From an uncultured bacterium (lineage in GTDB: Bacteria; Abyssobacteria; SURF-5): 64,000 nt of DNA. This document shows, piece after piece, positions 1 to 10,296 of this stretch. The notes below the pieces were generated by a model. It made no database searches. It was not told the origin of the DNA and saw only the letters and a list, made by a program, of their open reading frames with translations. The stretch is from NCBI GenBank assembly GCA_964607485.1, contig CAZSKP010000004.1, forward strand, positions 96,001-160,000, given 5' to 3'. Position numbers and translations under genes: made by a program. Numbering within the stretch: position 1 is the first letter of the stretch; every line of letters starts with the position of its first letter.

Positions 1-1086
1 TTGGCGCTCATTAAGCAGCTCGGTGAGAGCAACATAATCCTGCGAAGCTTGGACATGACCGAAGCACAGGAATGGGCGGCCAAAGAATCTCATTCAGGCG
101 GGCTGCAGTTGACCGATGCGGATAGAATAAGGGCAACAACGTCGAATGCAGAAGAGATTGCGCCGGTAATAAATGTCAAGGCTGCCCTATCAAAGGCGCC
201 AAGAGGGTTCAACCCTGAGATAATTGCCACGACCGAGGCTTACCGGGAAATATTGAGTCTGCCTATGGCAGAAGGCCGATTTCTTTGCGAAGAAGATGTG
301 AGGAGAAAGAATCTCAGTTGTTGTATCGGATGGGATGTCTTCCAAGGCCTGGGACCCGCCGGAAATATAGGCCAATCGCTCCGAATCGAAGACACGTCTC
401 TAAAGATTATTGGGATTCTGCAGGAGCGAGGGTGGAGCAGCCGCGAAGGTCAGCCGATTTCGGTGCGAAACATAGACCGAATGATTGTGATCCCATTGGG
501 CACCGAAAGGGCGATTCAAGATTCGACTTCCTCCGACGGGAGGCTTTCGGAAATTGTGGTCAAGCTCGCCGACAAAAGCGACGTTCCATTGACCGCGAAC
601 CTCGTAGCGGACATTGTGCGAAAAGCCCATCGGGGCGCAGAGGACTTCAGCATAGTTATCCCTCAGGAACTCCTGAATCAGGCACGAAGGACACACGCAG
701 TTTACAATGCCGTCCTCGGATGTATTGCCGCCATTTCTCTATTGGTCGGCGGTATCGGCATAATGAACATAATGCTTGCAACGATATCGGAAAGAACACG
801 AGAAGTCGGCATCCGGCGCGCCGTTGGCGCAAATAAGGAACAAATATTTGTCCAATTCTTGGTTGAAACGGTCGTGCTCACGCTCATCGGGGGTGTCCTC
901 GGAATTGCCGGCGGCATCTTTGTTTCTGTTCAGATTGCGACATTCATAGGGTGGAAGACGGTTGTCACGGGCTGGTCGGTGTCACTTTCCTTGGCCACGT
1001 CGGTTCTGGTTGGGATATGTGCGGGAACCTACCCTGCCGTACGGGCTGCAAGAATGGATCCGATAGAGGCATTGCGGTTCGAGTAA
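1..1086 (+). CDS. ABC transporter permease, MacB/FtsX family (5' truncated by window)
   Basis: C-terminal 'IAAISLLVGGIGIMNIMLATISERTREVGIRRAVGA' and 'YPAVRAARMDPIEALRFE' are MacB/FtsX signatures. Confidence 0.93.
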   Translation: MALIKQLGESNIILRSLDMTEAQEWAAKESHSGGLQLTDADRIRATTSNAEEIAPVINVKAALSKAPRGFNPEIIATTEAYREILSLPMAEGRFLCEEDVRRKNLSCCIGWDVFQGLGPAGNIGQSLRIEDTSLKIIGILQERGWSSREGQPISVRNIDRMIVIPLGTERAIQDSTSSDGRLSEIVVKLADKSDVPLTANLVADIVRKAHRGAEDFSIVIPQELLNQARRTHAVYNAVLGCIAAISLLVGGIGIMNIMLATISERTREVGIRRAVGANKEQIFVQFLVETVVLTLIGGVLGIAGGIFVSVQIATFIGWKTVVTGWSVSLSLATSVLVGICAGTYPAVRAARMDPIEALRFE

Positions 1087-1514
1087 AAGCTCTCAATATC
1101 AGCAGTAAACCCTTCCCCTCTCAATTCTTAACTCAGCAAACTCGGCATAAGAGATTCCCCATTGGTCAAGAGTCGCAATGGCTCCAGAATTGCCGAAAAA
1201 ACGGCTTACAGACTTGACAAAATGGCCCGGGTATGATTATATTTGGGCGTGCCGGACATTTTCTATAAAAGAAACAACTTATAGGCTATTCTTATAAGAG
1301 TCATCGGTTAATTTCATTTAACGGAAAATCAATCGTGGCTGGAACATCCGGAGACTTCGGCGGAATCATTGACGCGACGTACGCAGCGAGCTTTCTAAAC
1401 TTGACGGAGATGTGATTTGAAGCTGGATTTGGCTCTAAAGGGGAATTTCCTGCCGGCTCGAGCCCCAAGATTCACCGGTCGTTCAACCCGCCAACAGAGA
1501 AAGGGTGATGACTC

Positions 1515-2540
1515 ATGAAGAGACTATGCATTTTTATCTGCTCCTTCCTTCTGTCGGTTTTTGCCGTAACCCCGTATGCGGCGGCCCAGCTTTGTCCTGA
1601 GCCCGGCGGTGGAGCCGACGTAGTCGAGGTATTCAAGGACGCTTGTGACGAATGTGAGCGGGGCCCTGTTTTAACGTGCAGGGAGGATTTCTCCATCACA
1701 CTCATCGACATCGTCAAAGACGCAGTGACAAGGAAGACTACCTTTATTTACGAGGTACAGAATACCCCGGACACGACGGTCGACAGAGATCTGGCTCACT
1801 GGGTCCTCGGCATCGACCTCGATCAGCTCCAGCTTTTCCTCGCCGATGGCAAGACCTTATCCGACCTTTTCGAAACCTGTTCGGTTGGGGGATTGGAAGA
1901 GGGCATGGATTGCGGCCTTGTGATTCCCGATCCGACAACCCAACTGGATGGCATGAAATTCGAGGCTATTCTTGCCGACGGCGAAAGCCAGACGTTCAGG
2001 GTCACGTTTGACGAGACCGCACTGATTCCGGGAAACGCAATCGGGGAAGGATGTGTTATCGCGGCTACCAAAGCAGGAGACGAGGATATTCAAAGGACAG
2101 ACAGGCAGGCCCCGGGTTACGTCTGCATATCCGGCCCTGTTCTTGTGGAAGGACCATCAGAATTCGTTTGTCCGAGAAGTCAAGGGTATTGGAAGAATCA
2201 TCCGGCTGCGTGGCCCGTTGAATCCCTGGAATTGGGATGTCAGAGCTACTCGAAAACAGAATTGTTGACCATTCTGAACACACCTCCGAGAGGGGATGCA
2301 AGCCTGATATTGGCCAAACAACTAATTGCCGCCAAACTGAACATTGAGAATGGTTCGGATCCTGGTCCAGTTGCGGGAACAATAGAATCAGCAGACGAAC
2401 TGCTCTGCGGTTTTTCCGGAAAACTGCCATATCGAGTGCGGACTTACATTCTAAGCGGACACCAAATGGTGAGGCGTGCCCGCGTGCTGGATGCCTACAA
2501 CAATCGCTGGCTGACTCCAAATTGCGGGTGCCATCAATAA
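1515..2540 (+). CDS. Secreted hypothetical protein
   Basis: Sec-type signal peptide (MKRLCIFICSFLLSVFAVTPYAAA), Cys-rich and acidic; C-terminal 'SQGYWKNHP' module of the kind seen in extracellular proteins. Confidence 0.7.
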   Translation: MKRLCIFICSFLLSVFAVTPYAAAQLCPEPGGGADVVEVFKDACDECERGPVLTCREDFSITLIDIVKDAVTRKTTFIYEVQNTPDTTVDRDLAHWVLGIDLDQLQLFLADGKTLSDLFETCSVGGLEEGMDCGLVIPDPTTQLDGMKFEAILADGESQTFRVTFDETALIPGNAIGEGCVIAATKAGDEDIQRTDRQAPGYVCISGPVLVEGPSEFVCPRSQGYWKNHPAAWPVESLELGCQSYSKTELLTILNTPPRGDASLILAKQLIAAKLNIENGSDPGPVAGTIESADELLCGFSGKLPYRVRTYILSGHQMVRRARVLDAYNNRWLTPNCGCHQ

Positions 2541-3185
2541 TTACGGGCTCGGTGAAGAGAGATTTCGCAAGGCTTTCTCTTGTCTGATTCTGTTGGATGA
2601 CGATGCGTCTCTCCTGGTCCGAATGATAAGACCTCCACGTCGGAACGCACGGTATTTGTTGCTATCCTGATTGAATTTGGTAAACGATGGGGAAACGACG
2701 CGCTCCGCAGGCTTGCGCGAGATTTGGGCGCACCTTGCGGAGAAGCGATGGTTTTTTTCTTATAATGAGTCGCCTCGTGGGACCTCAACACGCTGAAGAA
2801 TTTCCGCCTGCGCCGGGCAGAGCGTGACTATTCCCTTCCCTAAGTCCTTCCATGACAATGTTGTTGCGTTCTTGAAATATTCCTGCTTGCTGGAACGCTT
2901 GAGATGCGCAACCAAAGAGCATCTGGGAATTTCTGCGCTTTGGATGGAATGAATAGGATCTGGGAGAAGATTTGTGATGAGAATCTTGACTTTCCCTCTT
3001 TCGCTCCGCCTGGCGAATTCGGGCAAGAGTTGCACTATGCAAAATTGCAGAATATCAACCCTTCCTGACCAAACCTTGACCGCGGTTTCCATCCTTTGCA
3101 TGCTTGGGTTTTATAGTTGCACCGTCAGGATATAGAGAACGCCCTCACACAACGGCTCAAAATGGCTCCTGGAAATGAAGGAACC

Positions 3186-3653
3186 CTACGAATCAACCGA
3201 TTGCGTCGTCGCAGAAACTCTGCGGCCTCCATATCGGGCGCTCATGTACATGCTGTTGGTCAGTCGAAGGCGATGACAGAGCATGGCGATGATGTTGATA
3301 AGGAATTGCCTGGACACTCTCTTACGCAGCAGGTTGTCCAGCATGTCCTCGCTCAGTTCAAGAACCTGTGCAGGCTCCCTGACAACGGCGTGCGTCGAGC
3401 GCGTATGGCCTTCTTCGAACATCGCCATCTCCCCGAAGATTTCACCAGGTCCCAATTTGGCTATGATCTCCCCCTGATCACCCAGCTGGTCGATGATGTC
3501 GATCCTCCCCGTCAGTATGAGAAACATCTCATGGCCTGGATCCCCCTTGCGGAAAAGCAGCTTTCCGCCGGGGAGGGGGCAAATCATGCCCCATTCGATG
3601 ATTCGATTGATTTCCCCTTTGCTGAGCCCATCAAAAATCTGGAAGGTCGTCAT
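3186..3653 (-). CDS. Cyclic nucleotide-binding domain protein
   Basis: 'LFRKGDPGHEMFLILTGRIDI...LGPGEIFGEMAMF...RSTHAV' cNMP-binding cassette; no HTH. Confidence 0.9.
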   Translation of the reverse strand: MTTFQIFDGLSKGEINRIIEWGMICPLPGGKLLFRKGDPGHEMFLILTGRIDIIDQLGDQGEIIAKLGPGEIFGEMAMFEEGHTRSTHAVVREPAQVLELSEDMLDNLLRKRVSRQFLINIIAMLCHRLRLTNSMYMSARYGGRRVSATTQSVDS

Positions 3654-3745
3654 GGCTCATCCTCCTCTTAGATGCTTTAGCCGTTGCGAAGACATTCGTG
3701 GGAATCCTGCAATCCGAATGTGCTGCCGGCTGTGCAAAATCCAAT

Positions 3746-4984
3746 TCACCTCCTGCGGGCGTATTCCACCCTTTTGTCCAATATTTTGTCCCTCACTTTT
3801 CTTATAGTTGATATGAGGTAGTCTAACTGGTCCGTTGTATGGTTATACATCACAGATATCCGCAGTCTGGCCTTTCCCTCGGGCACGGCCGGCCACATTG
3901 ATGTGGGAACAAGAATGCCATAGCTGGACAGCATCTGCGCGGCGGCATATGTTTTTCTCTCGTCGCCTATGAGTATGGGGATTATTTGAGTTTCCGAACC
4001 GCAAATATTCAACCCCATTTCCAAAAAGGCTTCTCGCAGATACCTCGCATTTTCCATGAGTCTCTCTCTGCGCCATGGCTCGTTTCTGACAAGTTCTAGA
4101 GCTTTCATGAGGCCGTACACGACCGGAGGCGCGATGGGGGCGGAGAATATGTACGTTTTGGCCGATATCCGAAGATAATCAATCAGTTCCGTGCTCCCGG
4201 CGACAAAACCGCCGATACCGCCGAAGGATTTCTCTAAAGTGCCCGCCACAACGTCGGCTTTTCCCTCAATGTCGAAGTATTCCTCGACCCCCCGTCCGTT
4301 TCTTCCCAAAATTCCGGTCGCATGGGCATCATCCACGTATACCATTGCGTTGTATCGCTTGGCCAGCGTCAGAATGTCGGGCAGTGGCGCGATATCTCCA
4401 TCCATGCCAAAAACTCCTTCAACAACAATCAACTTCCTTTTTTGTTTCGTGTGCTCTCTCAACTTGGCCTTCAGGTCTGCCATATCGCTGTGTTTGAAGA
4501 TCTCTTTGGGGGCGCCACTTACTCTTATTCCAGCTATCGCGCTGGCGTGATTGCACTGATCGCTGAAGACAACGGTTTCTGACCCACTCGAGAAGCCTTC
4601 ACCGAGCATCAAGAGCGAGGGTTTGATAACGTCAACGATCGCGGGAATGGCCCCGGAGTTGGTCATGTAGTCGGTGGAGAACGTCAGGCACGCTTGCCTG
4701 CCTTTGAAACCGGCAATGCGCGTCTCCAACTCTTCGTGAATCTCGGAGTTGCCGCCCAGCAGCCTGGATGCACCGGTTGCCATTCCCCATTTCTTTAGAC
4801 CCTCGGCCGCTGCTGCAATTACCCGCGCATCGTTCAACATGCCGAGATAGTTATTACTCGAGAACATCAAGATGTTTCTGCCTTCCACAACTGTCTCCGG
4901 CTCGTGGGGACTGTTGACCGTGGGTGCGTACGGATACAGTTGCATGTTCCTTGCTCTGTCAAGCACTGTGGAAATGCTCTCCAT
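3746..4984 (-). CDS. PLP-dependent alpha-oxoamine synthase (BioF/Kbl/SPT family)
   Basis: Motifs 'SSNNYLG', 'GASRLLGG', 'NHAS', 'VDDAHATG', 'GTLEKSFG', 'PAVPEGKARLRIS'; ATG 4984 has a GGAGG RBS (ORF open to 5080). Confidence 0.88.
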   Translation of the reverse strand: MESISTVLDRARNMQLYPYAPTVNSPHEPETVVEGRNILMFSSNNYLGMLNDARVIAAAAEGLKKWGMATGASRLLGGNSEIHEELETRIAGFKGRQACLTFSTDYMTNSGAIPAIVDVIKPSLLMLGEGFSSGSETVVFSDQCNHASAIAGIRVSGAPKEIFKHSDMADLKAKLREHTKQKRKLIVVEGVFGMDGDIAPLPDILTLAKRYNAMVYVDDAHATGILGRNGRGVEEYFDIEGKADVVAGTLEKSFGGIGGFVAGSTELIDYLRISAKTYIFSAPIAPPVVYGLMKALELVRNEPWRRERLMENARYLREAFLEMGLNICGSETQIIPILIGDERKTYAAAQMLSSYGILVPTSMWPAVPEGKARLRISVMYNHTTDQLDYLISTIRKVRDKILDKRVEYARRR

Positions 4985-5229
4985 GTCGTCCTCCCATATT
5001 TGCAATCCCTCGAATCTCCTCCATTTCTTATCTGCGAAAAGGGTGGGCCGCCCGTTCATATCATGCAGGGTGACCCTCACTGTCCAGGAGTCGCGTCATG
5101 GCCATATCGTCCACGTCCCGCTCTCCAAGAGAGACCATTGATTATCCGTCAGTCTCGTTTCAGACTCTCGGGCCGCATACGACGTTGCAGCTCGCTTCCC
5201 TGAAGATGTCGGAGAGTCGTCAGCCACGG

Positions 5230-5517
5230 TCACGTTCCGCATCCCACGACATCCCGAGCCTGCTCCGAACTGGAATCAGCCGTGCCCCCAGATAGGCCAT
5301 GGAGGAAGGTTGGAGAAGCGCCTAAGCTAGGCACTCTCCTGAACGATTGCCCCTCTGCCCCGGCTGCACTCTGTTTCGGAGAGATCAACATTAACCAGAG
5401 CTCGTCGAAGTTCCTGAAGACCTTTTTCCAGTTTGAGCCGACTTCTTCAATGGTTCCCTTGAATATTTCGGGGTTCCTTACGCCGCGATGGTAGACCTGA
5501 ATGAAATAGCTTTCCAT
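5230..5517 (-). CDS. Small hypothetical protein downstream of the BTAD regulator
   Basis: GGAGG RBS; 'MESYFIQVYHRG...GTIEEVG...FRNFDELW' resembles small proteins often found beside SARP/BTAD regulators. Confidence 0.65.
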   Translation of the reverse strand: MESYFIQVYHRGVRNPEIFKGTIEEVGSNWKKVFRNFDELWLMLISPKQSAAGAEGQSFRRVPSLGASPTFLHGLSGGTADSSSEQARDVVGCGT

Positions 5518-5582
5518 CACGCACCTCCCTCTTTGATGACCCACTATTTGCCGGTCGTCTTCGCTTCTTGAAACTGACTGAA

Positions 5583-5627
5583 TCTTATCGCATGGGGGAT
5601 TACGGATAGGATACGGGGAGGTAACAG
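5583..5627 (-). promoter_or_regulatory. Putative SARP/BTAD-activated promoter
   Basis: Minus-strand direct repeats ctgttacc, ccgtatcc, ccgtaatc at exact 11-bp period, followed by a TAAGAT -10-like box. Confidence 0.5.
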
Positions 5628-5664
5628 ATAGACAAAAAAATCAGGTGACCAAGATTTTTTTTGA

Positions 5665-8600
5665 TTAATTTTCCGAGAGGACGGATCTGTAGACAGCCTC
5701 AGTTTCGGACGATGGCTCTATGCCTAAGCTCTCGAACAGCAATTTCTTGCAGCGGTCATAAATCAACAGGGCCTCGGTTCGTCGCCCTGACTGCTGATAG
5801 CATCGCATGAGCCCTCGATAGAATTCCTCAGCGAGGCTTTCTACGTCCAGAGCTTGGTGGTAGCATGTTGCAGCCTTGTCCCATTCTTTGATCTGTTCCC
5901 AATATTGGGCCAGTTTTCCAACGCCACGAATGAATTTTCTCTGCATTTGTTCCCGAGGAAGTATTGCCCACGACGCCTCGCTTTCCTCCACGAGGAATGG
6001 GCCCCGATAGATCTCCATGGCCTCCTCGATCGACCGAGTCGCCTCTTCGGCAGCGCTTTCCGTTATCTTCCCTCTTTTCCAAACAGCATCGGCCCGTTCG
6101 AGCAGCCGCTCAAATGTCCAAACATCAATCCAGCAGTATCTCTCGTCCAGCGTCAGACAACCTTCTCGAAGCTGGACGGCTTCGGGATACCCGATCAGCT
6201 TACGGAGGCGGTGAAGGGTGGTTGCGAATGATCTATGCGCCATATCACCTTCGGCGTCGGGCCAGAGCAAATCGGACAGCTGTTCTTCTCTTACTCTCCT
6301 TCCACCGCAGGCTACCAGCGCCTTTAGGAGGGACAGAGGCTTCTGTTGTGCTTTCCGGGAGAATTGGACCGGTCTTCCCTCTGTAACGAGCTCGAATCCT
6401 CCCAATGTGAATATCTTCACGGCCCAGGGCCAATTCTGCAGGTGGATGGGCGGAGTATCCAGAACGAGGCCATGCTTCAGGACGAGCTTCTGACCATATT
6501 CAACTTCAATACCGGCCTCGAGCGCCCTGGCACAAAGCCTGGCCATGACAGCCGGGCGATGGCCAAAGGGTTCGGTGTATCCCCGTTGCTTTCCGACCCT
6601 CATGGCTCTGCGGAGCGACGCCAGCCCGGCTTCTTGCTCGCCCCGATCGAAGCAAAACGTCGCCTCCGCCCAGAGGGCGTGAAACTCAAGCTGTGCGCTC
6701 TTGGTCTCATGCGCGATCGCGAGCGCGTGCGCAAGATGCTCCGACGCCTCCCGATGGTTCCCAGACTCATGCATAACATGGGCCTTTGCCAGATGAGACA
6801 TGGCCGCGGGAAGAGGGTACCCGGAATCGACGGCCAGTTTCAGGGCCTGCTCGGCCTGCGCCGCAGCCTGCTCATGATCTCCCCGAAGCAATGCTTCCCG
6901 CGTTCCCATGAAATGGTAATTATACATATCCCACGGCTTATGGCTTCCGGTGGTTACCTCATCGATGAATGCCTCTATCTTGCCATACAGGTGTTCTCCG
7001 ATCACATTCATTCCATACTCTTCACTGATTTCAAGCCTGCTGCCCCGGATGTGCTCATGCAGGTAATATGCAGCGTCCACGGGAATATAGCTGTTGTCGG
7101 GGTCGTGGACAATCAGGGTAGGAACACGAATGTCGGCAAGGAGCGGACGGACATCGGTCGCGCCGATTGCCGCCGTTATCTTAGACCAAGCATGTTTGGG
7201 AACCCGTCTCAAAACGGCAGAGATGGCGTCCGCCCGGTTTGTCCCGCTTCTGCCACGGGTGAGCTGATGGATAGCACGGCCTCGGTCCGATGCGTCTGCA
7301 CCGAGGAAGGAAGCAAGGACTTCGGGGTTGATCCCGAAGAGGAAATCCTCTGAGTTGAAAAGCTTTGGGCTGGTGCCGGCAAGGATCAGCCCTGCCGTAC
7401 GCTCGGGATGCTGGGCCGCAAAGGAGATGGCCAGGGGGCCCCCATCCGTGGAACCCCAGAGGACCGCGCGCTCGACTCCGGCGGCGTCGAGCACGGCGCG
7501 AATATCCTCCGCGCCGGCAAGGAGGCTGTAGCCCCTTGCGGGTGCGGCAGAGTAGCCCACGCCGCGCCGATCGTAAAGGATCACGCGGCAGCGGCGGGCG
7601 ACCCAGCCCCATCTTTTTTGGACAAACTTGTTTCCGGAACGAATGGCCGGGCAGTTGCTGAGTCCGACGGCGAGCACGTGAGGACCCATCCCCCCGATCA
7701 CCTCGTAGGCGAGCTTTACGCCGTTGCTGTCGGCATACTGGAGGACTTGACCGTGGAGACGCACGCGCGTGGTCGCTGTCAACCCCTCGTATAGGGTCTC
7801 GTGAACAAGGGTGTGCGAGAACCGATAGCGGCCCGCAATGTTGGGCACTTCCCTGATCACGTCGGCAGAGATCGCTTCCTCCAGCAGGTCAAGCAACCGC
7901 TCGCCCGGAAGGTCGCTTGCCCGCTCCAAAGCCTCAAGGGTGAATTCCCGGCCGATGACGGACGCGATCGCCAGGACGCCGTTGCACTCCTCCGACAGAC
8001 GCAATAGCCTTTGGCCGACAACCTCTTTCACGCCTTCGGGGATGCTCATCTGCTCTATGGACACGTCAGTCTCCCAGCGGTCGGCGCGCTGGCGGATGAT
8101 TCCCGTGTCAATGAGGTGACGCAGCACCTCCTCAATAAAGAAGGGGTTGCCCTCGGTCTGCTGGTGGATGGTGGAGATCAGCGTCGCCGCAGGCTCTTGA
8201 CCGAGCCAGTGGCCGATCATCGTGGCTACCTCCGGCCGATCGAGACCCTTCAGGGAAATCCTCCTGAAAGCAGTAGTCCGACGCATGTCGGCGAGTGCCT
8301 TCTTAAGCGGATGCTCGGGCGCCAGTTCCATCTCTCGGTAAGTTCCCATGATGAGCAAGGGCGACTGCATCGAAGACCGCATGATATGCCTGAGGAGGAG
8401 CGGTGTGAGCTCGTCCGCCCACTGCAAGTCGTCGAGGATCAATACTACGGGGCTATCCTTGGACATTTCCGACAGAAATGCGGTGACAGCATCGAATACG
8501 CGATGAGAGGCGTTGCCGGCCAAGTCAGGGGCCGGTCGCTCGAGCATATCGTGCAGGTGGTCGGCCACTTCCGGCACCAGCGCGGCCAGCTCACTCCCAA

Positions 8601-9486
8601 CCTCCCCCACTTGCGCTTGCAGTTTTTCAACCGGACAAAGAGAAACATAGTATCGTAGCGCTTCAACAAAAGGCTGGCAAGGGAATGTCGCGTACTCGTC
8701 CGCGTGTCCGAAGATCACGGTTGCTCCCTCGGCGTGAGCGGAAACGGCTATCTCGGATGCGAGGCGCGTCTTCCCGATACCCGGCTCTCCTGTCAGCAGA
8801 ACCAACCGGCGTTCTCCCGTCCGTGCTCTCACCCATTCCTCCCCAAGACACATCAATTCCCGTTCCCGTCCGACGAAGGCCGACCTTTCGCCGGTCGTGA
8901 GCAGTGGAGGCAGGGGTACTGGCGTGAGCATATCTTCTGCGGCCGTTTTCCATATCACCTCGAAGGCGGAAATCGCCTCGGCAACGCCTTTCAGCGTGAG
9001 CAGTCCCAGATCGTGGAAGCTGTGGCCGCCGCGCGAGCCGACGAGGCGTCGCACCAGATCGGAAGCGAGGATCTGCCCTCCCATGGCGCGTTCGCACAGT
9101 CGCTTTGCAACGACCACCGACATGCCGAAGTAATCCTGCTCTTCCCGGATTGGTTCGCCGACATGGAGGCCCACCCGAACCTGTAGGCGATGACCTTCAT
9201 CGTGCCGCTGATTAAAGAGATTCACTGCTTGCAGCATCGCGATGGCGCAGGCGAGGGCATCCAGGGCACTCGCGAAGACCACCATCAGTCCGTCGCCCAG
9301 CTTCTTCACCTCCTGCCCGCCTCGCACAGCTATGGCGTTTCGGAGGAGTTGCAGGTGAGTGAGCCACAGCACGCGGGCCCTGTTGTCGCCGAGTCGCTCC
9401 AATAGCTCGGTGGAGCGCTCGATGTCGGTAAACAGGAGGGTGACGGTTCCGAGGCGAGCCTCAGGCGAATATTTCGCTTCGGGCAT
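5665..9486 (-). CDS. Multidomain signalling protein: class III nucleotide cyclase, STAND AAA ATPase, alpha/beta-hydrolase fold, TPR, OmpR-type wHTH, BTAD
   Basis: 'LLFTDIERST', 'KKLGDGLM', 'VRVGLHVG', 'DYFG' (cyclase); 'FVGRERE', 'GEPGIGKT', 'LDDLQWAD' (STAND); 'YDRRGVGYS', 'LWGSTDGG' (hydrolase fold); 'IFTLGGFEL', 'LSDLLWPD', 'YRGPFL', 'EEFYRGLMRCY', 'LGIEPS' (wHTH/BTAD). Start 9486 or 9537. Confidence 0.88.
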   Translation of the reverse strand: MPEAKYSPEARLGTVTLLFTDIERSTELLERLGDNRARVLWLTHLQLLRNAIAVRGGQEVKKLGDGLMVVFASALDALACAIAMLQAVNLFNQRHDEGHRLQVRVGLHVGEPIREEQDYFGMSVVVAKRLCERAMGGQILASDLVRRLVGSRGGHSFHDLGLLTLKGVAEAISAFEVIWKTAAEDMLTPVPLPPLLTTGERSAFVGRERELMCLGEEWVRARTGERRLVLLTGEPGIGKTRLASEIAVSAHAEGATVIFGHADEYATFPCQPFVEALRYYVSLCPVEKLQAQVGEVGSELAALVPEVADHLHDMLERPAPDLAGNASHRVFDAVTAFLSEMSKDSPVVLILDDLQWADELTPLLLRHIMRSSMQSPLLIMGTYREMELAPEHPLKKALADMRRTTAFRRISLKGLDRPEVATMIGHWLGQEPAATLISTIHQQTEGNPFFIEEVLRHLIDTGIIRQRADRWETDVSIEQMSIPEGVKEVVGQRLLRLSEECNGVLAIASVIGREFTLEALERASDLPGERLLDLLEEAISADVIREVPNIAGRYRFSHTLVHETLYEGLTATTRVRLHGQVLQYADSNGVKLAYEVIGGMGPHVLAVGLSNCPAIRSGNKFVQKRWGWVARRCRVILYDRRGVGYSAAPARGYSLLAGAEDIRAVLDAAGVERAVLWGSTDGGPLAISFAAQHPERTAGLILAGTSPKLFNSEDFLFGINPEVLASFLGADASDRGRAIHQLTRGRSGTNRADAISAVLRRVPKHAWSKITAAIGATDVRPLLADIRVPTLIVHDPDNSYIPVDAAYYLHEHIRGSRLEISEEYGMNVIGEHLYGKIEAFIDEVTTGSHKPWDMYNYHFMGTREALLRGDHEQAAAQAEQALKLAVDSGYPLPAAMSHLAKAHVMHESGNHREASEHLAHALAIAHETKSAQLEFHALWAEATFCFDRGEQEAGLASLRRAMRVGKQRGYTEPFGHRPAVMARLCARALEAGIEVEYGQKLVLKHGLVLDTPPIHLQNWPWAVKIFTLGGFELVTEGRPVQFSRKAQQKPLSLLKALVACGGRRVREEQLSDLLWPDAEGDMAHRSFATTLHRLRKLIGYPEAVQLREGCLTLDERYCWIDVWTFERLLERADAVWKRGKITESAAEEATRSIEEAMEIYRGPFLVEESEASWAILPREQMQRKFIRGVGKLAQYWEQIKEWDKAATCYHQALDVESLAEEFYRGLMRCYQQSGRRTEALLIYDRCKKLLFESLGIEPSSETEAVYRSVLSEN

Positions 9487-9606
9487 CGGTGGCCTCCGCT
9501 CTGCGCTGAGGGAATGGTTTCCCCTCACATTGCCCAACGGGGGGTCGGCTGCCCGATCCCTTCAGCAATCCGCCGACGAGTCCTCTCCATGCGCCGTGTG
9601 GAGGAG

Positions 9607-10233
9607 CTACCCGACGTTCACTTTGATGCGACCGTGGGTCTCTGTGATGCTCTTGCGGGGGCTTCGAAATGTGATAATAATCTCCCGCCCCTCGCCGGGA
9701 TCGAAAATCTCGGTCGCTCTGTTCTCGCCACGGTGAAGTTCCCAGAAAAAGCGAACCCGGCGGTTCTCGTCAATGGCTTGAACGAGCTTTTTCCGGACTT
9801 TCTCTTTCTGGTCATTGGGCCACGCGTCGATATGAGCACAGAGCCGCGCGTGGTCTTTTGCGTTCAGGAAGGATTCAAGCCTTTTTTTCGCCCAGGTAGG
9901 AAGCGAGTCGAAATGAGCGTTCCCATCCGCAGCAGCCTCTTTTTGCATCTCGGCGAAGTTTGGGTCCGACCTGAGCCGGCCTGGATCGGCGAACAGCGTG
10001 TCCAACGCTTTCGTGATCTTCGTCCTGCCCGTTCGCAGGATATCCACGAAAGTCTCCGGGCGCATCGTGTCCCAGGAGATGGCTGTCTCTGACGAAACTG
10101 CCCGCACACTCTCGCGGAAACCGGGGACACCAATCACGTTCAAGCCGAGAATCCCCAATGCCGTGCCCGCCCCCAGCGAGGCGGATTTTCCAAGGAGTTC
10201 CCTTCTCGTCAGCCTGGTTTCCTTTTTCGCCAT
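9607..10233 (-). CDS. Hypothetical protein with Tat signal; paralog of 10297-10779
   Basis: 'TRRELL' followed by a hydrophobic helix; AGGAG RBS; shares 'NRRVxFFWELHRGEN' and 'ITFRSPRK' with its neighbour. Confidence 0.8.
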   Translation of the reverse strand: MAKKETRLTRRELLGKSASLGAGTALGILGLNVIGVPGFRESVRAVSSETAISWDTMRPETFVDILRTGRTKITKALDTLFADPGRLRSDPNFAEMQKEAAADGNAHFDSLPTWAKKRLESFLNAKDHARLCAHIDAWPNDQKEKVRKKLVQAIDENRRVRFFWELHRGENRATEIFDPGEGREIIITFRSPRKSITETHGRIKVNVG

Positions 10234-10296
10234 GGTTACACTCCTTCGGTTTCGGAGGAGGAATCTCGGATCGTGGCCCGGCGATGCGCACCGGCC

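Noticed and set aside
2760-3101. Short minus-strand ORFs after the cNMP gene
   Set aside because: No clear RBS or recognisable motif
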